Source of the DNA: Octopus vulgaris | Taxonomy: Eukaryota | Direction: 5' to 3' | Assembly (NCBI GenBank): GCA_951406725.2 | Contig: OX597839.1 | Span: forward strand, 3,472,001-3,536,000 | Length of the DNA: 64,000 nucleotides | Shown: positions 26,332-41,548 of the stretch, piece by piece | Position numbering within the stretch: position 1 is the stretch's first letter | How the letters are laid out: each line of letters starts with the position of its first letter | Position numbers and translations under genes: made by a program | Notes under the pieces: model-generated | Seen by the model: only the letters and a program-made list of their open reading frames with translations | The model's database searches: none | Told to the model about the DNA's origin: nothing

Positions 26332-26562
26332 GGCGGCGAGCTGGCAGAAACGTTAGCACGCCGGGCGAAATGCGTAGCCGTATTTCGTCTACCGTTATGT
26401 TCTGAGTTCAAATTCCGCCGAGGTCGACTTTGCCTTTCATAATTTCGGGGTCGATAAATTAAGTACCAGTTACGTACTGGGGTCGATATAATCGACTTAA
26501 TCCGTTTGTCTGTCCTTGTTTGTCCTCTCTGTGTTTAGCCCCTTGTGGGTAGCAAAGAAATA
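26332..26562 (+). mobile_element. SINE family B monomer with 14-bp TSD
   Basis: TSD GGTGTTAGCCTCTT at 26318-26331 and 26563-26576. Confidence 0.9.
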
Positions 26563-27655
26563 GGTGTTAGCCTCTTCGTGAATTAAGCATCAAAAAGAGA
26601 GACAAAATAAACGGTTGAGTGGTCAGCAAAAGGAAAGGTTAAGGAAAGCAATTTCTTTACTTCTTGTTTTCAGTCATAAGAATAAGAGCAGTGGTGTTAT
26701 TTTCTTTGTATTCTATTATTTTCGAGAAGGGAGCATCTAAAAGAAGGACAAGACAAGAAATGTGTGGGTGGTGAAGAAAGAGAAAGACAGAGAAAGCAGA
26801 TCTTTTGCTGCTTGCCTTCCAGTCGTGTTAAGCCAACAGACATGTTGTCATCATTTTTTTTCTCTTGATGTGTTGATGTTTCTACTGTCCTGTGCAGCAG
26901 AGATAAAAAAAAACTTGCCTATTCAGAGGACTTTCCTGGGGTTTTCTTCAAAGTCGGACAGATTTTGACGAGAAAGACATGATTCTTTGCTTCTTAGCTC
27001 TATATGTTGATATGAGATGTTTTCTCGAGACGAATACTACAGTTTTGAGGCTTTCTACAATAAATTCATGTTAAGATATACAGAATTCCCCAACTCGCAC
27101 TCTTTCTCTCTGAATATGTGCGTTTGTGAGTGTGTGTGTAACTAAAAAATAAAGTTTTCATTCATTCGTTCATGCCAATACTTTAAAATCTAATTATAAA
27201 TATCTAGAATTATTTAAGAAAGGTTACTAAAAAATTAAACTAGCACCTAAATTATCTATTAGCATAAAGCTTCGATTCATTTAAAAAGATTATAACCCAG
27301 TAGGATTTCTCGTGCTTTTAATCACCCCAAGGATGGCAAAGGGCTCAATTTTTATCCCTACTTTTCCCAACTTTGAAACAGATAAGAAGAATATTATTAT
27401 TCTCGGAAAAGAGAAACCAAAATCAAAATCGAAGTTGGCAGCAAGGAATGTCATTGTTATTTTGATTGAAATTATTATGAATAGTCTGAGGAAATGCTGA
27501 GATGATCCATTCTAAACAAACAGCATTTGGTGTTGTTATGTTTAGTGAGACTACAGACCTTCGAATGAAATCTTAACTGTCACATGTTTATATATATTCA
27601 CACATAAATGTCTATATATATAAATATAAATATGTATATATGTATATATACATAC

Positions 27656-27701
<46 letters not shown>

Positions 27702-27953
27702 ACACACACAAAAAAAACACGGGTTTCTTTCAGTTTTCGTCTACCAAATCCACACACAGGGATTGGTCTGCCCGAAGTGATAGTAGAAGATATCTGCCCA
27801 AGATGCCACGCAGTGGGACTGAAACCGGAACCATGTGGTTATGAATTAAACTTCTTACCACGCAGCCACGTTGAACCTACACAAACACACACACACAATC
27901 ACTCACATATGCACACATACACATGTATATATGTATGTATATATATATATATA

Positions 27954-28006
<53 letters not shown>

Positions 28007-28122
28007 AGCATGTACCTTTATGTGTGTATATATCACGTGACTGACCAGTCCATCAGATGTAGTTACACATCGCTGGTCACAATGCGTTTGCATTGTTTAG
28101 CCTTCGAATGACGCCACCCCGC

Positions 28123-28205
<83 letters not shown>

Positions 28206-28230
28206 CACATATACATATAATTCATGCATG

Positions 28231-28262
<32 letters not shown>

Positions 28263-28619
28263 CATACATACATAAATGCTCACATACGAACATGCGCGTA
28301 ATGTTTATTCACGTATGTATATATGTCTGCGTGGATGTACGTGGATGTGTATGTGTTTATGAAGTGTCACTGCACGTGGGCGCATATATAAGAGCATACA
28401 CACGGAGTTGAATGCCACGTGCTGCCGCACAGTGGCGCATGCAGACACACCCATGCATAAACAGACACACACGCAGACATTCGCACACACACACATGCAT
28501 ACACACATACATTTATACAAGTGTATATGCAGCGGTTTTGAAGGACTTCCAGCTTGGCCAGGCTCCCAGCTCATTTCCTACATAACAGATATCTAATCTG
28601 ATTAGTAAATATTGCTAAA

Positions 28620-29635
28620 TGTGGTGGTGGTGGTGGTGGTTGGTGGTGGTGGTGGTGGTGGTGGTGGTGGTGGTGGTGGGGGTAGTGGTTGTGGTGGTGG
28701 TGGTGGTGGTGGTGGTGGTAGTGGTAGTGGTGTTGTTGTGGCGATGCTTCTTGCGGTGATGATGATGATGATGAGGAGGAGGAGGAGGGGAAGATAATGG
28801 TGATGATGATGATGAAGATGGTAATGATGATGATGATGACGCTGACGCTGGTGATGATAATGACGATGATGATGATAATGATGAGGAGGAGGAAGAAGAA
28901 GAAGAGGATGCTGATGATGGTGATGAAGATGACAAAGGTGTTGGCGGTGATGGTGGTGGTGGTGGTGGTGGTAGTGGTTGTGGTGGTGTTGTGGTGATGA
29001 AGGTGGTGGTGATGATGATGATGAGGAGGTGGAGGAGGAGGGAAAGATAATGGTGATGATGATGAAGATGGTAATGATGATGATGACGCTGACGCTGGTG
29101 ATGATAATGACGATAATGATGATGATAATGAGGAGGAGGAAGAAGAAGAAGAGGAGAATGCTGATGATGGTAATGATGATGATGGTGATGATGATGATGA
29201 TGATGATGATGAAGATGGTAATGATGATGATGATGACGCTGACGCTGGTGATGATAATGACGATAATGATGATGATAATGAGGAGGAGGAAGAAGAAGAA
29301 GAGGAGGATGCTGATGATGGTGATGATGATGATGATGAAGATGGTAATGATGATGATGATGACGCTGACGCTGGTGATGATAATGACGATAATGATGATG
29401 ATAATGAGGAGGAAGAAGAAGAAGAAGGAGAGGATGCTGATGATGGTAATGATGATGATGGTGATGATAATGACGATGATGATAATGAGGAGGAGGATGC
29501 TGATGATGGTAATGGTGATGATGCTGATGATGATGACAAAGGTGTTGTCGGTGATGGTGGTGGTGATGATAGTGTTGGTTGTGATGGTTGTAGTGACGGC
29601 GGTGGAGTCATTTGTAGTGGTAGTGGTGGTGGGGA
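28620..29635. repeat. (GGT)/(GAT)/(GAG) low-complexity tract with higher-order ~125-150-bp repeats
   Basis: GACGCTGACGCTGGTGATGATAATGACG recurs four times (~28838, 29085, 29235, 29361). Confidence 0.9.
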
Positions 29636-30294
29636 AGCAATATTGGGTAACTGGCATGAGAATCTCGTACCTCAGCTGCCCACTTTTTTTGGCATCGTCT
29701 TGATCCCTTTTTCTGGGTTCGGATGATATTCATTACAGTGTGTACAACATACACACACACACATTCAGAGAGAGAGAGGAATTCTGTATATCTTAACAGG
29801 GATTTATCATAGAAAGCCCCAAAACTGCAGTATTCGTCTCGAGAAGACATCTTATATCGGCATATAATGCTAAGAAGCACAGAAATACACCAGAAGCAAC
29901 CGAAAAGCGTCCAGCAGCGATTGTGGAATGGTTAAATCTGGATTTCTGTGTCTTTACCACTAAAGGTTTTTGAAAAATTGTTCAAAAACCCGTAGTGGTA
30001 ACACGTTGAATAAAGCTGCCTGGATGCGTATACCTTGAACGAACTTATAACACAACAGGACCTACAGGATCTAACTGGATGCCACATCTTAGGACAACTA
30101 TGCAACAGAAACACGTGTCGGACAGAGACTTAAACAAACTTTTTGGAGGGTGTATATGATTCTCCAATCTTATTTTAGTGTCTTGAATATACACTCTGTA
30201 TACTGTATAAAATCCAGAGAAGCGAACTCCGGATTTACCCATCCGTGAAATATTTCTTGTTTCCATATTTGATGTGATTAGCCTGTTGTGTGTG

Positions 30295-30334
<40 letters not shown>

Positions 30335-30531
30335 TGTGTGTGTGTATGTTTGTCCCTGCAACATCGCTTGACAACCGATGCTGGTATGTTTACGTCCCCG
30401 TAACTTAGCGGTTCGGCTAAAGAGACTCGCTACGTTACGGGGACATAAATACACAAGCAACGGTTGTCAGGTGATGGTGTGTGGACACAGATGCACTAAC
30501 ACACATACACACACACACATAGACATATATA

Positions 30532-31464
30532 TTCGTTTCTCATTGTGTTCGACGTTTTTTTGGTGTCCTGTACCCATATATGCATGTATATATACATGTA
30601 GAGGTAGGTAGTACATATATGTATGTATATATGCATATGTTTTATTTATTTATTAATTTATTATATGACAGAACGCACGCATCCCTTTCTAAGTAAGATT
30701 GTTCTTAATATTAAAAATGATGCGCACTCTTAACCTTTCTCTCCCTCCCCTTTCTTAGCCTTCATTCTTTGGCTTTCCTTTTCTTCTACCTTACTGTCTC
30801 TCCCTCTCTTTCTCATTCTTCATTCTTTTCTCTACAACCATTCCCCCCTTTTTTTCTCCCTTTCTCTTACTCCTCCTCCTCCCTCCCGTCGTGGTCACGT
30901 GATGAGATGGCTATTTCTGTCTTTCTTCTCCTGAACTCCGTCAAGTAGAGACGCTAATCTGTTCTCTCTGCCGTCCTCAAACAATAGCGTTTGTAAAAAA
31001 TTTTTATCTCGTTTGGCTTAGCAGCCCTTCTTGTTTGTGTTACTGTTATTCTCTGTCCTGTCTTTTACTGTTTATATTTTGTATTGTCGTTACTGTCCTG
31101 TTTTTGTTACCATTTTACCTCCACCCCCCCGCAAAAAAATCTCAAATTTTATTTAATTTGATTTTCGCGGGAAGGAAAATTTCATTGAAGTCATGTATCG
31201 CCTTGACCTTCGAAACGTGGAGTAGATGAAATTAAGGCGACTGAAGAAGGGGAATTTTCCTTGTTTTGTGTCCTGTACTCTATTTTTTCGTTGTTTTAAA
31301 AAAATGTCCATTTCCTTGGTTTTGTGTTTATGTTTTCGTTTCTCATTGTGTTCGACGTTTTTTTGGTGTCCTGTACCCATATATGCATGTATATATACAT
31401 GTAGAGGTAGGTACGTACATATATGTATGTATATATGCATATGTTTTATTTATTTATTAATTTA
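30532..31464. mobile_element. ~800-bp non-coding element with terminal direct repeat
   Basis: 30532-30660 is repeated at 31335-31464. A diverged homologue lies in the opposite orientation at 42414-43514. Confidence 0.75.
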
Positions 31465-31507
31465 TATATATATATATATATATATACGACGGGCTTCTTT
31501 CAGTTTC

Positions 31508-32081
31508 CTATTTCTTTACTGCCCACAAGGGGCTAAACATAGAAGGGAAAAACAAGGACAGACAAAGGGATTAAGTCGATTACATTGACCCCAGTGCGTA
31601 ACTGGTATATAATTTATCGATCCTGAAAGGATGAAAGGCAAGGTCGATCGGCGGAATTTGAATTCAGAACGTAACGGCAGACGAAATACCTGTTTCTTTA
31701 CTACCCACAAGGGCCTAAACACAGAGAGGACAAACAAGGACAGACAAACGGATTAAGTCGATTATATCAAGCCCTTTGCGCAACTGGTACTTATTTAATC
31801 GACCCCGAAAGGATGAAAAGCAAAGTCGACCTCGGCGGAATTTGAACTCAGAACGTAACGGCAGACGAAATACCGCTGAGCATTTCGTCCGGCGTGCGAA
31901 TGTCTCTGACAGCTCGCCACGGGCTTCTCTCGGTTTCCGTCTACCAAATCCACTCACAAAGCTTTGATCGGCCCGTGGCTATAGTAGAAGACACTTGTCC
32001 AAGGTGCCACGCAGCGGGACTGAACCCGGAACCATGTGGTTGGTAAGCAAGCTACTTACTACACAGCCACTCCTGCGCCTA
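31508..32081 (-). mobile_element. Dimeric SINE B (31508-31918) nested in a SINE A 5' half
   Basis: CGGGCTTCT..CAGTTTCC/CGGTTTCC is duplicated on both sides of the family B copy. Confidence 0.8.
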
Positions 32082-32399
32082 TATTTTAATAATTAAATAT
32101 TAAGGATTCTATAAAGAAAATTAAAAATATTCTGTGTATTGTAGAAGTGTAACCTGTTTATAATGCATAAACTTTAACAACCCAGTCTTCTAAGGGTCCT
32201 GCCCTTAAGGGTCATATGGATCCCGATTGAGTACCACTGATATAGCATATATTTAGGAACTAGAAGTATGTCGCTATCACTATCATCATCATTGTAATCG
32301 TCATCATCATCATCACGACCGTTTCTACCACCACCACCACCACCACCACAACCACCACCACAACCATCACCATCACCACCACCAACCCCTAGCACCCTC

Positions 32400-32955
32400 T
32401 GGTGGTAGTAATGGTAGTGCCAGTGGTAGTTGTGGTGGTGGCAGTGGTGGTGGTTGTGGCGGTACTATTCACGTGATAGTGTTGGCGGTAGTACAGGTGT
32501 TAGTAGTGGTGGTAGTTGTATTTGATGTAGTGGTCGTGTTGGTGGTGGTAGTGGTTGTTGAGTTGTTGCTGGTAGTGGTGCTAGTGACGATGGTGATGGC
32601 GGCGCTGGTGTTGCTAGTGGTAGTGGTGATGGTGGTTGTACAAGTTGTGTGGTGGCGTTGGAGATAGTTGTGTTGGGGGGCGGTAGTGGTGGCAGTGATG
32701 AGAGTGGTGGTGGTGGTGGTGCTAGTGACGATGGTGATGGCGGCGGTGGTGATGGTTGTGGCGGTACTGGTTGCGTGGTAGTGCTCACGGTAGTATAGGT
32801 GTTAGTAGTAGTGGTGGTGGTGGTGGTAGTTGCGGCGGTGCTGGTGCGAGTGGTCCTAGTGGAGGTGGCGGCAGCGGTGGTAGTGGTGGTGGTTGTACTA
32901 GTTGTTTGTGGTGGTGTTGGAGCTGGTGCGAGTGGTACTTGGCTGGTGGTGGCAC
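32400..32955. repeat. (GGT)n-derived low-complexity tract
   Basis: Directly visible, with internal duplicated units. Confidence 0.85.
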
Positions 32956-33395
32956 AGTTACAGTTTTATCTCTGCATCAAGCATATTGACTCCGAGTGAG
33001 CAATTAATGGAGTGGAAGACAGTATTGATTGTTTGTGGGGTGGAGAACAAAAAGCGTGGTGATGGTGGGGGGTGGCACGAGGGGGGGACGGTGGGGGGAC
33101 TGCAGAGGGGTGGTCGAGGAAGTGGCGGGACCTGAGTAGAAAAACGGAGGGTGGAGGTGGGGGGGAGTGGAAAGTGGTAGTGGCGGAACAAATTAGTTGA
33201 TTTGAGTTTCTCTCTCTCCCACCCACACCCTGCCTTTCCCTCTCCACTCCCCACCACCTGATCTCACCCCCACCCCCACACACAGACCCAGAACCCGCCC
33301 CGCTGAGAAACTGAGAAAACCAGGGAGCTTGACGGGGGTGTGGAATGGTGGGAGGAGATGATTAAAAGAAAGCGGGAGTATTCACACGCACACAC

Positions 33396-33444
<49 letters not shown>

Positions 33445-34377
33445 TATATACACATATATACACACATATGTATGCTTATATATATATAGATAATATTCGT
33501 ATTAATATGCATACTTATATATTAGCATCTCTCTACCTACTATCAATCTGTCTGTCAGTCTGTCTCTATCTGTCGATTTATCTATACATACGTACATACA
33601 TACATACATACATACATACATACATACATACATACATACATACATACATGCATACATGCATACATACGTACGTACATATATACATACATACAAACATACA
33701 TACATACATACATACATACATACATACATACATACATACAAACATACATACATACATACAAACATACATACATACATACATACATATACACACACACACA
33801 CTTAAATATGTACTTATAGACATGCGTGTGCGTGCACGCACGTCTATGAGTGTGTGTCTCTGTGTGTGTGCGGTTACATGTGTGGCAATGAGGACTTGTG
33901 GAGGGATGTGGGATGCGATGGGATGTTGGAAGTTTGGTTATGCACGTGTGGTTGCCCATACAAATGCGTATATAATATATACACATACATATATTCATAT
34001 ACATACACACACACACACGCATATATCGTATATGCATAAATACACATATACATACACATACATGCGTACGTATATGTACATACATGCGTAAACACGCACA
34101 CACTCACGCACATGCTTCCTAGATAGGTATAAAGGTAGAAACACCTATAATTCTAGTGATATAGGAAATACAAGAGAGAGAGAGGGGGAATTTGAAAGAG
34201 AGGAGGGAGGAGGTAGGAGGGAGTGAGAGCGAGAGGAGAGGTGAGAGATGGGGTAGGAAGAGAGAAAGAGGAGGCGAAGGAGGAGGAAATATAAGTGATA
34301 ATACAGTGTGTACCTATGAGCTTCGAGGTTCGTCTTTTTATTCGTCTTAAAACAATCTCAACATTCATTGTTAAGCC

Positions 34378-34606
34378 TTTTACTTGTTCCAGTCATTAGA
34401 CTGTGGCCATGCTGGAGCACCGCCTTTAGTCGAACAAATTGACCACCAGGACTAATTCTTCGTAAGCTTAGTACTTATTCTATCTATCGGTCTTCTTTTG
34501 CCGAACCGCTAAGTTACGGGAACGTAAACACACCAGCATCAATTGTCAAGCGATGGTGGGGGTACAAATACACACAGGCACACAGACACAGACACACACA
34601 GACACA

Positions 34607-34705
<99 letters not shown>

Positions 34706-34835
34706 GACGGGCTTCTTTCAGTTTCCGTCTACCAAATCCACTCACAAGGCTTTGGTCGGCCCGAGGCTACAGTAGAAGATACTTGTGCCACGTAGTGAGA
34801 CTACCCGGAACTACATGGTTGGTAAGCAAGCTACT
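34378..34835 (-). mobile_element. SINE family A
   Basis: Homology to family A. Confidence 0.8.
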
Positions 34836-35328
34836 ATATTTCAAAAATTTTGCCATAAAGGCACGATACAGAGTAGCTTGCGGGTTGGACAAAGACATTG
34901 ATGAGGTGAATGATGATAAGGATGATATTAATGGGAGAAGACAAAAAACGCCCGCCCATCCTTTGCTTCTCTAAAACATTATTCTCTTCTTTTTTTCACA
35001 GAAAAAAAACAACAAAACGTAGTAATGAACATCTTGCTTCAGTTTCACAATTTGGGGACTAATAAGTCCATTTAAGAACTGGGGCGTTAAGCCCCTTAAA
35101 CACAATAACATGCAATAACATTATAAACATTATAACACTGAGGGTTTTCAGCCTCTTGTCATTATTCCTCCCCGACATCGCTTGTGCCCGTATACTTCAC
35201 CATCACCCACGCCTCATTCAAGACCAAGGCGGGATCCGAGCCGGCGTCGCTCGGCCACAAGCGATATTCCTCGTTGAATCCCTGCAGCCTACACCCCACA
35301 GCCACCGTTATGACCTTCACAGCTATCT

Positions 35329-35865
35329 GCCGATTTTTAAAGGAAAGAAAAAGGTCAATAAATGCTTGCCATTACATTTTTAATCAACCAAATATGAACC
35401 ATTTTGTTGCACAATGCGTCTCCATATTTCCTTTAACTTGAAAATACCCTCTTCCCCAGAACTGAGGTGGTTTCATGGCAAAGAATTCATCAAGGTATCT
35501 TTTTACGTCATCCAAGGAATTGAAATTTTTACCATTAAGACTATTCTGCAGGGAAATAAATAGGTGGAAATCTGAACAAGCGATATCTGGTGAATATAGA
35601 GGGTGGGGTAACACACCCCAGCCGAGCTGCAGCAACTTTTCCCAAAGCATCAAGTGCCGAAAATGAACTTTCTTAAATTCCTTTTTAAAGGGTTACAGAA
35701 TTAACACAGGTTATAGGAACATAAACTTTCTTCCACATAAAGATAGCTTAAACTGTGCTGTAAATGGAGGTGTAGTCAAATCCTATTTTATGGACTCAAC
35801 CATGTTCTAAAATAAGTCGAAAGTTAAGCTACTATAAATCGGCACGAACTTTCCGGACAACCCAA
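35329..35865 (-). mobile_element. Internally deleted mariner
   Basis: LGWGVLPHPLYSPDIACSDFHLF motif; TIR TTGGGTTGTCCGGAAAGTTCGTGCCGATTT next to TA. Confidence 0.85.
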
Positions 35866-35889
35866 TATATATATATATATATATATATC

Positions 35890-36310
35890 TTGGTTTCAGT
35901 CATTTGATTGCGGCCATGCTAGGGCATAGCCTTCGAGAATTTTAGTGGAACGGATCGACCCCAGTACTTATTACTTGAATCCTGCTACTTATTTTGTCCG
36001 TTTCTTTCTCGAACCACTAAGTTACGGGGGTCATAAACATGCCTGCACTAGTTGCCATGCGGTGGTAACGAACAAACACGCACACAGACTCACGCACATA
36101 CACTCACACACGCACACATACAAACACACACTCACACACACACATGAGGGGCTTCTTTCAGTTTCCGACTACCAAATCCACTCACAAGGCTTTGGTCGGC
36201 CCGAGGCTATTGTAAAAAAAGAAGACCCTTGCCCAAAGTGCCACGCAGTGGGACTGAACCCGGAACCATGTGGTTTGGAAGCAAACTTCATGCCGCACAG
36301 ACACACCTAC
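35890..36310 (-). mobile_element. SINE family A (diverged)
   Basis: Homology to family A. Confidence 0.75.
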
Positions 36311-36318
36311 GCCTCTGT

Positions 36319-36380
<62 letters not shown>

Positions 36381-36526
36381 ACTTGTGAGCGGGTTGCTTT
36401 CTGTGTGACTTTCCAAATCCACGTCTCCTCCGTGCAGACGTTTTTGTCAGGAGACACTGCTTTGCTAGATCAATTACTTTCGCTGCAGCGTGTAAAACAT
36501 CACGTTTCTTCGATGCAGAATTCACA

Positions 36527-36611
<85 letters not shown>

Positions 36612-36783
36612 CTCGTCATCATTATGTAATTTTGTTTGTACGTGTGTATATCCTGGTTTCAGCATAGTCACACAGCGTCCCTGCGTGCCGAAAGACGCAG
36701 TTGAAAAGTTTAGTGACGAGGACATCCGGCTACAGAATACCCAGAAAAAAAACCATTCAACAGATCTCAACATGAAAAAGAGG

Positions 36784-36814
<31 letters not shown>

Positions 36815-36948
36815 GGAGGTGACTAGTCGATTACATCAATCCAAGTGCATAACTAGTACTTAATTTATCAACCCCGAAAGAATGAAGGGCAAAGTCGATC
36901 TCAGCGGAATTTGAACTGAGAAAGGATGATGAATGAATAATAATAATA

Positions 36949-37122
36949 ATGTGGCATCTCAAGGCGACTACAGTACCAGTGATTGTAGGATCTCTAGGAA
37001 TGATAGAAAAAAGGTACTGAAACCTATTTGAAAATGATACCAGGTTTACCGTCCCTACAGGAAGTGCAGAAAATCGTGTTCACTGGAACGACTCATGTAC
37101 TGAGAAGAGCATTATCGCTGTG
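36949..37122 (+). mobile_element. R4/Dong-clade non-LTR retrotransposon 3' end
   Basis: MWHLKATTVPVIVGSLGMI../..LQEVQKIVFTGTTHVLRRALSL* matches the C-terminus of R4/Dong RLE domains. It begins directly in a (TAA)n run, the known Dong target. Confidence 0.75.
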
Positions 37123-37154
37123 AAAACAACACCCATTCATGAATTTATTTATCA

Positions 37155-37415
37155 ATTATTTCCACAAAGGGATAAACACAGAGAGGACAAACAAGGACAG
37201 ACAAACAGATAAAGTCGATTATATCGACCCCAGTGCGTAACTGGTACTTATTTAATCGACCCCGAAAGGATGAAAGGCAATGTCGACCTCCGCGGAATTT
37301 GAACTCACAACGTAACGGTACCAGTTACGCACTGGGGTCGATGTAATCGATTTAGTCCTTTGTCTGTCCTTGTTTGCCCCCTCTATGTTTAGCCCCTTGT
37401 GGGCAATAAAGAATT
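37155..37415. mobile_element. Inverted pair of SINE B 3' modules
   Basis: 37160-37247 pairs with 37318-37410. Confidence 0.8.
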
Positions 37416-38171
37416 AATTATAGGGTATCAACATTTAGCTTTCTGTGTGAGCAGTACTTGTATTTATTAAATGCAGGCTCGTATCTAAAAAGTTAACCAT
37501 TGAACAGTTTAGTGCCTATAATAATAATATTTAAATTGAATTCACCTCTTTTAGTTGTAAAAGATCAGTTTCCTCAATCGCTTTCGTGTTTGTGTGTGTG
37601 TAGTGTTATAGAAACGGTTCCTTTGAATGCGATTGGTTACATCGTATCAGAAGCAAAGAGCATATTCTATTGCTTGGCTCATATAAATATCCTTCGTTTT
37701 GTCTGCAACTACACGGATATTAGATCATTGGTTGGAAGGTTTTGTGCTATTGTTACGGCATTCTGAAAAGGGCTAACGAATTTTACCTGTATTATCAAAT
37801 TAATCTGATGAGAATCGAAGTCTTCCCGTGTCTTGATTGGATGTGAAGATGGGAGCAGATACACATCGTGAATAGACATCGGCCTCTGTGTTGTATTCCA
37901 ATAATCTCGTTTTTTTTTTTTTGTTTTTTTTTGTTGCTGTTGTTGTTGCTGAAGAAATCTTTGCAGTGCATGCGTTTCATTATGCTTTAATTTATCTTCT
38001 TACCATTTTTTTTTTTATTTGTGTGTGCAAAAGGGAATCGTATAGAGAGCAACAGAAATTGTATTGTTAGGAAGTAAGAACAAAAAAAAAAAAAAAGAAA
38101 AAAAGGTTGCTTCTTCGACTTCAGCTGCTTATTCTCGCTTCAAAGATTGGCCTTCAGTATGTGTACGTATG

Positions 38172-38205
<34 letters not shown>

Positions 38206-38559
38206 TGTATGTATGTATGTATGTATGTATGTATGTATGTATGTATGTATGTATGGTTGTATGTATGTATGTATGTATGTACGTATGTATGTATGTATGT
38301 ATGTATGTATGTATGTGTGTGTGTATGTATGTATGTATGTGTGTATGTATGTATGTATGTATGTATGTATGTATGTATGGTTGTATGTGTGTGTGTATGT
38401 ATGTATGTGTGTGTGTATGTATATATGTAACTATATATATGTATGTATATAGATAGCTAGCTAGGTTGATAGATAGATAGATAGATAGATACATACATAG
38501 TGCTATAACATGGGCGCATTCCAATGATTGAAACGAGGAAAAGATGAAAGATAATATAC

Positions 38560-38599
<40 letters not shown>

Positions 38600-38683
38600 T
38601 TTTCATACATGCATACACACATAAAAAATATATATATATGTATATCTACCTATCTATCTATCTATCGATCTGTCTATCTATCT

Positions 38684-38785
<102 letters not shown>

Positions 38786-39027
38786 GTAGATAGATACTTT
38801 ATATATGCATTTATATAAAAATATATATATATACAAACACACACGGAAACACATACACACAGTAGCAGAAGACACTTAATATAATTATGGTTAAAGTTAT
38901 CAAAGGAATTACCATCCGGTGAGTGGTATCAATCGCTTATTGTTATCGAGAAAGCTTGTCCTAAATTCATCACAAGAAACACATTCCACTGCACATGAAC
39001 ATTCCACAATACACATACATACATACA

Positions 39028-39062
<35 letters not shown>

Positions 39063-39106
39063 TCATATATATATATATATATGTATATAGATACACACAC
39101 ACACAC

Positions 39107-39147
<41 letters not shown>

Positions 39148-39473
39148 TTCATACTTACCTTACAACCAATCCTGATTGTTCAAAAATCCATTAGCTGTCT
39201 GCCCCGTCCCCAATTCCCCCGGGGGAATGAAAGAAGTGGAGTCGGAGCGGGAGGACGGGTGGTCGGCGGTGTACAGGTTGGGGGTTCGGTGCGTAAGTGT
39301 GGGGATGTGGTGGTGGTGGGGGTTAAGTTTTATCTTTCTCTTTTTTGTAATTCTAGTCAATTTCATATTGACTGCTTTCCTAATTCTTGTGGCCTACTTA
39401 CTTTTCTTAGGAACAGACAGAAAAGAGCAGGAATTAGAATACGGAGAATTAGAATAAATGGAATATGTATATA

Positions 39474-39550
<77 letters not shown>

Positions 39551-39588
39551 ATTCATATACAATACTGTATTATATGTATATAAACATG

Positions 39589-39619
<31 letters not shown>

Positions 39620-39697
39620 CATATACATGTATATATATAATATATATAAATAATATATATATATACATACATATATATATATATATGTAAATATATA

Positions 39698-39729
<32 letters not shown>

Positions 39730-39869
39730 GTATATATATATATTAAAAAGGATACACACCAACACATATATATAAATATGTATGTAAGTATATATGTGTG
39801 TGTGTGTGTGTATACAATATATAAGTATACATATATATATGTATATATATATATATATATATGTGTGTG

Positions 39870-39912
<43 letters not shown>

Positions 39913-40271
39913 TATATATCTATATATATGATATATATATATATATTCTTATATGTGTATGTTGTGTGTATGTATATATGTATATATATTTCTGTGCGTA
40001 TGTATGTATGCATGTATGCATGTGTGTATGCGTGCATGTTGTGTGTATGCGTGCATGTTGTGTGCATGTATGTATATTTGTGTGTACGTAGGGTATATAG
40101 GTATATATGTGTGTGTGTGCGTGTGCGTCTGTGTGTGCGTGTGTGTACGCATTACGAGATGTGCCTTGTGAGCACGTATATCAAGTTACCACACACATGC
40201 TTGTACGTACGACCATACTTACACACACTCACACAGACATATGCATACACATATATATCATATATATAGGG

Positions 40272-40334
<63 letters not shown>

Positions 40335-40359
40335 GCCATGTTGGATCGTTAGCCCCTAC

Positions 40360-40571
40360 ACGCAATTTTTTTCTCTCCTTGTTTCTCTCCTTTTTTCTTT
40401 TCTGTGTATCTTTCTGTCGAAGAGCGTAGGTTCGAAACGTAAAAGACTTGTTTTATTTCTATTCCTGAGCGCCATACTAATACATTGTTTGTTTGTACTC
40501 CACCTGCCTTCGTCTCTTGTTTATTTTCGTAAACCTGCCTTCGTCTTTTGTTTATTTTCGTAAACCTCCCG

Positions 40572-40572
<1 letters not shown>
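40360..40572 (+). mobile_element. (TA)n-embedded hammerhead-like element (motif 40409-40446)
   Basis: Same family as 8582-8748. Confidence 0.7.
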
Positions 40573-40642
<70 letters not shown>

Positions 40643-40872
40643 AAAGTAAAAAAAAATACAAACTGGGACAAGAACGTGAAACATTTAGAAGACGACACAA
40701 AAAACACGGACGGGACATTCGAAGCCTTCAATCTTCAGTCAAGAACCAGATCATCTTCGCAATTTCGGCTGATTAATCTTGAGATTGCTCCGACCTGGGC
40801 AGCCCCAAAGGAAAATCTAAGCCAAGCGCATTAGATTCCTTGGAAGAAAGCCTCGAATGTATACAAAACAAG

Positions 40873-40932
<60 letters not shown>

Positions 40933-41164
40933 CCCTGTATATATGATATAAAAACACACACACACACATATATATAACATATGTGTGTGTATGTGCTTAT
41001 ACATGCACATATATTGTATATATTGTATATTTAGATATTACATAAATGTATGTATATATATAGAATAAATGGCTATATTATATTCATATTAATTATATAT
41101 ACATACAAATTTCATATTCAGACACACACACACACACACACACACATTGCATTATATTATATTC

Positions 41165-41548
41165 CTTTCTACTGTAGGCACAAGGTCCGAAATTTTAGGG
41201 TTGGGGCAGTCGATTAGATCAACCAGTACACAACTGGTACTTAATTTATCGATCCCGAAACGCAAAGTCGATCTCGGCGTAATTTGAACTCAGAACGTAA
41301 AGGCAGACGAAATAGCTGTTTCTTTACTACCCACAAGGGGCTAAACACAGAGGGGACAAACAAGAACAGACAAACGGATTAAGTCGATTATATCGACCCC
41401 AGTGCGTAACTGGTACTTATTTAATCGACCCCGAAAGGATGAAAGGCAAAGTCGACCTCGGCGGAATTTGAACTCAGAACATAACGGCAGACGAAATCCA
41501 GCGACACATTTCGCCCGGCGTGCTAACGTTTCTGCCTGCTCGCCGCCT
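41165..41548 (-). mobile_element. SINE family B tandem
   Basis: Homology to 26332-26562. Confidence 0.8.

Noticed and set aside
28571-29703. Long ORFs of 241-351 aa
   Set aside because: Trinucleotide low-complexity DNA is open in several frames on both strands; there is no domain or codon signal.
29987-30004. AACCCGTAG match to the miR-100/miR-10 family 5' end
   Set aside because: Similarity ends after 9 nt and it lies on the 3' arm, whereas miR-100 is a 5p product.
32465-32999. Gly/Cys-rich keratin- or shell-protein-like ORFs
   Set aside because: Degenerate GGT repeat with stops in the Gly frame and no signal peptide; an exon cannot be fully excluded without RNA data.
35080-35325. GC-rich fragment next to the mariner relic
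   Set aside because: Could not be assigned; probably a retroelement 3' remnant with no recognisable motif.
37803-37825. CTGATGAGAATCGAAGTC hammerhead-like string
   Set aside because: No stem I or III; likely chance.
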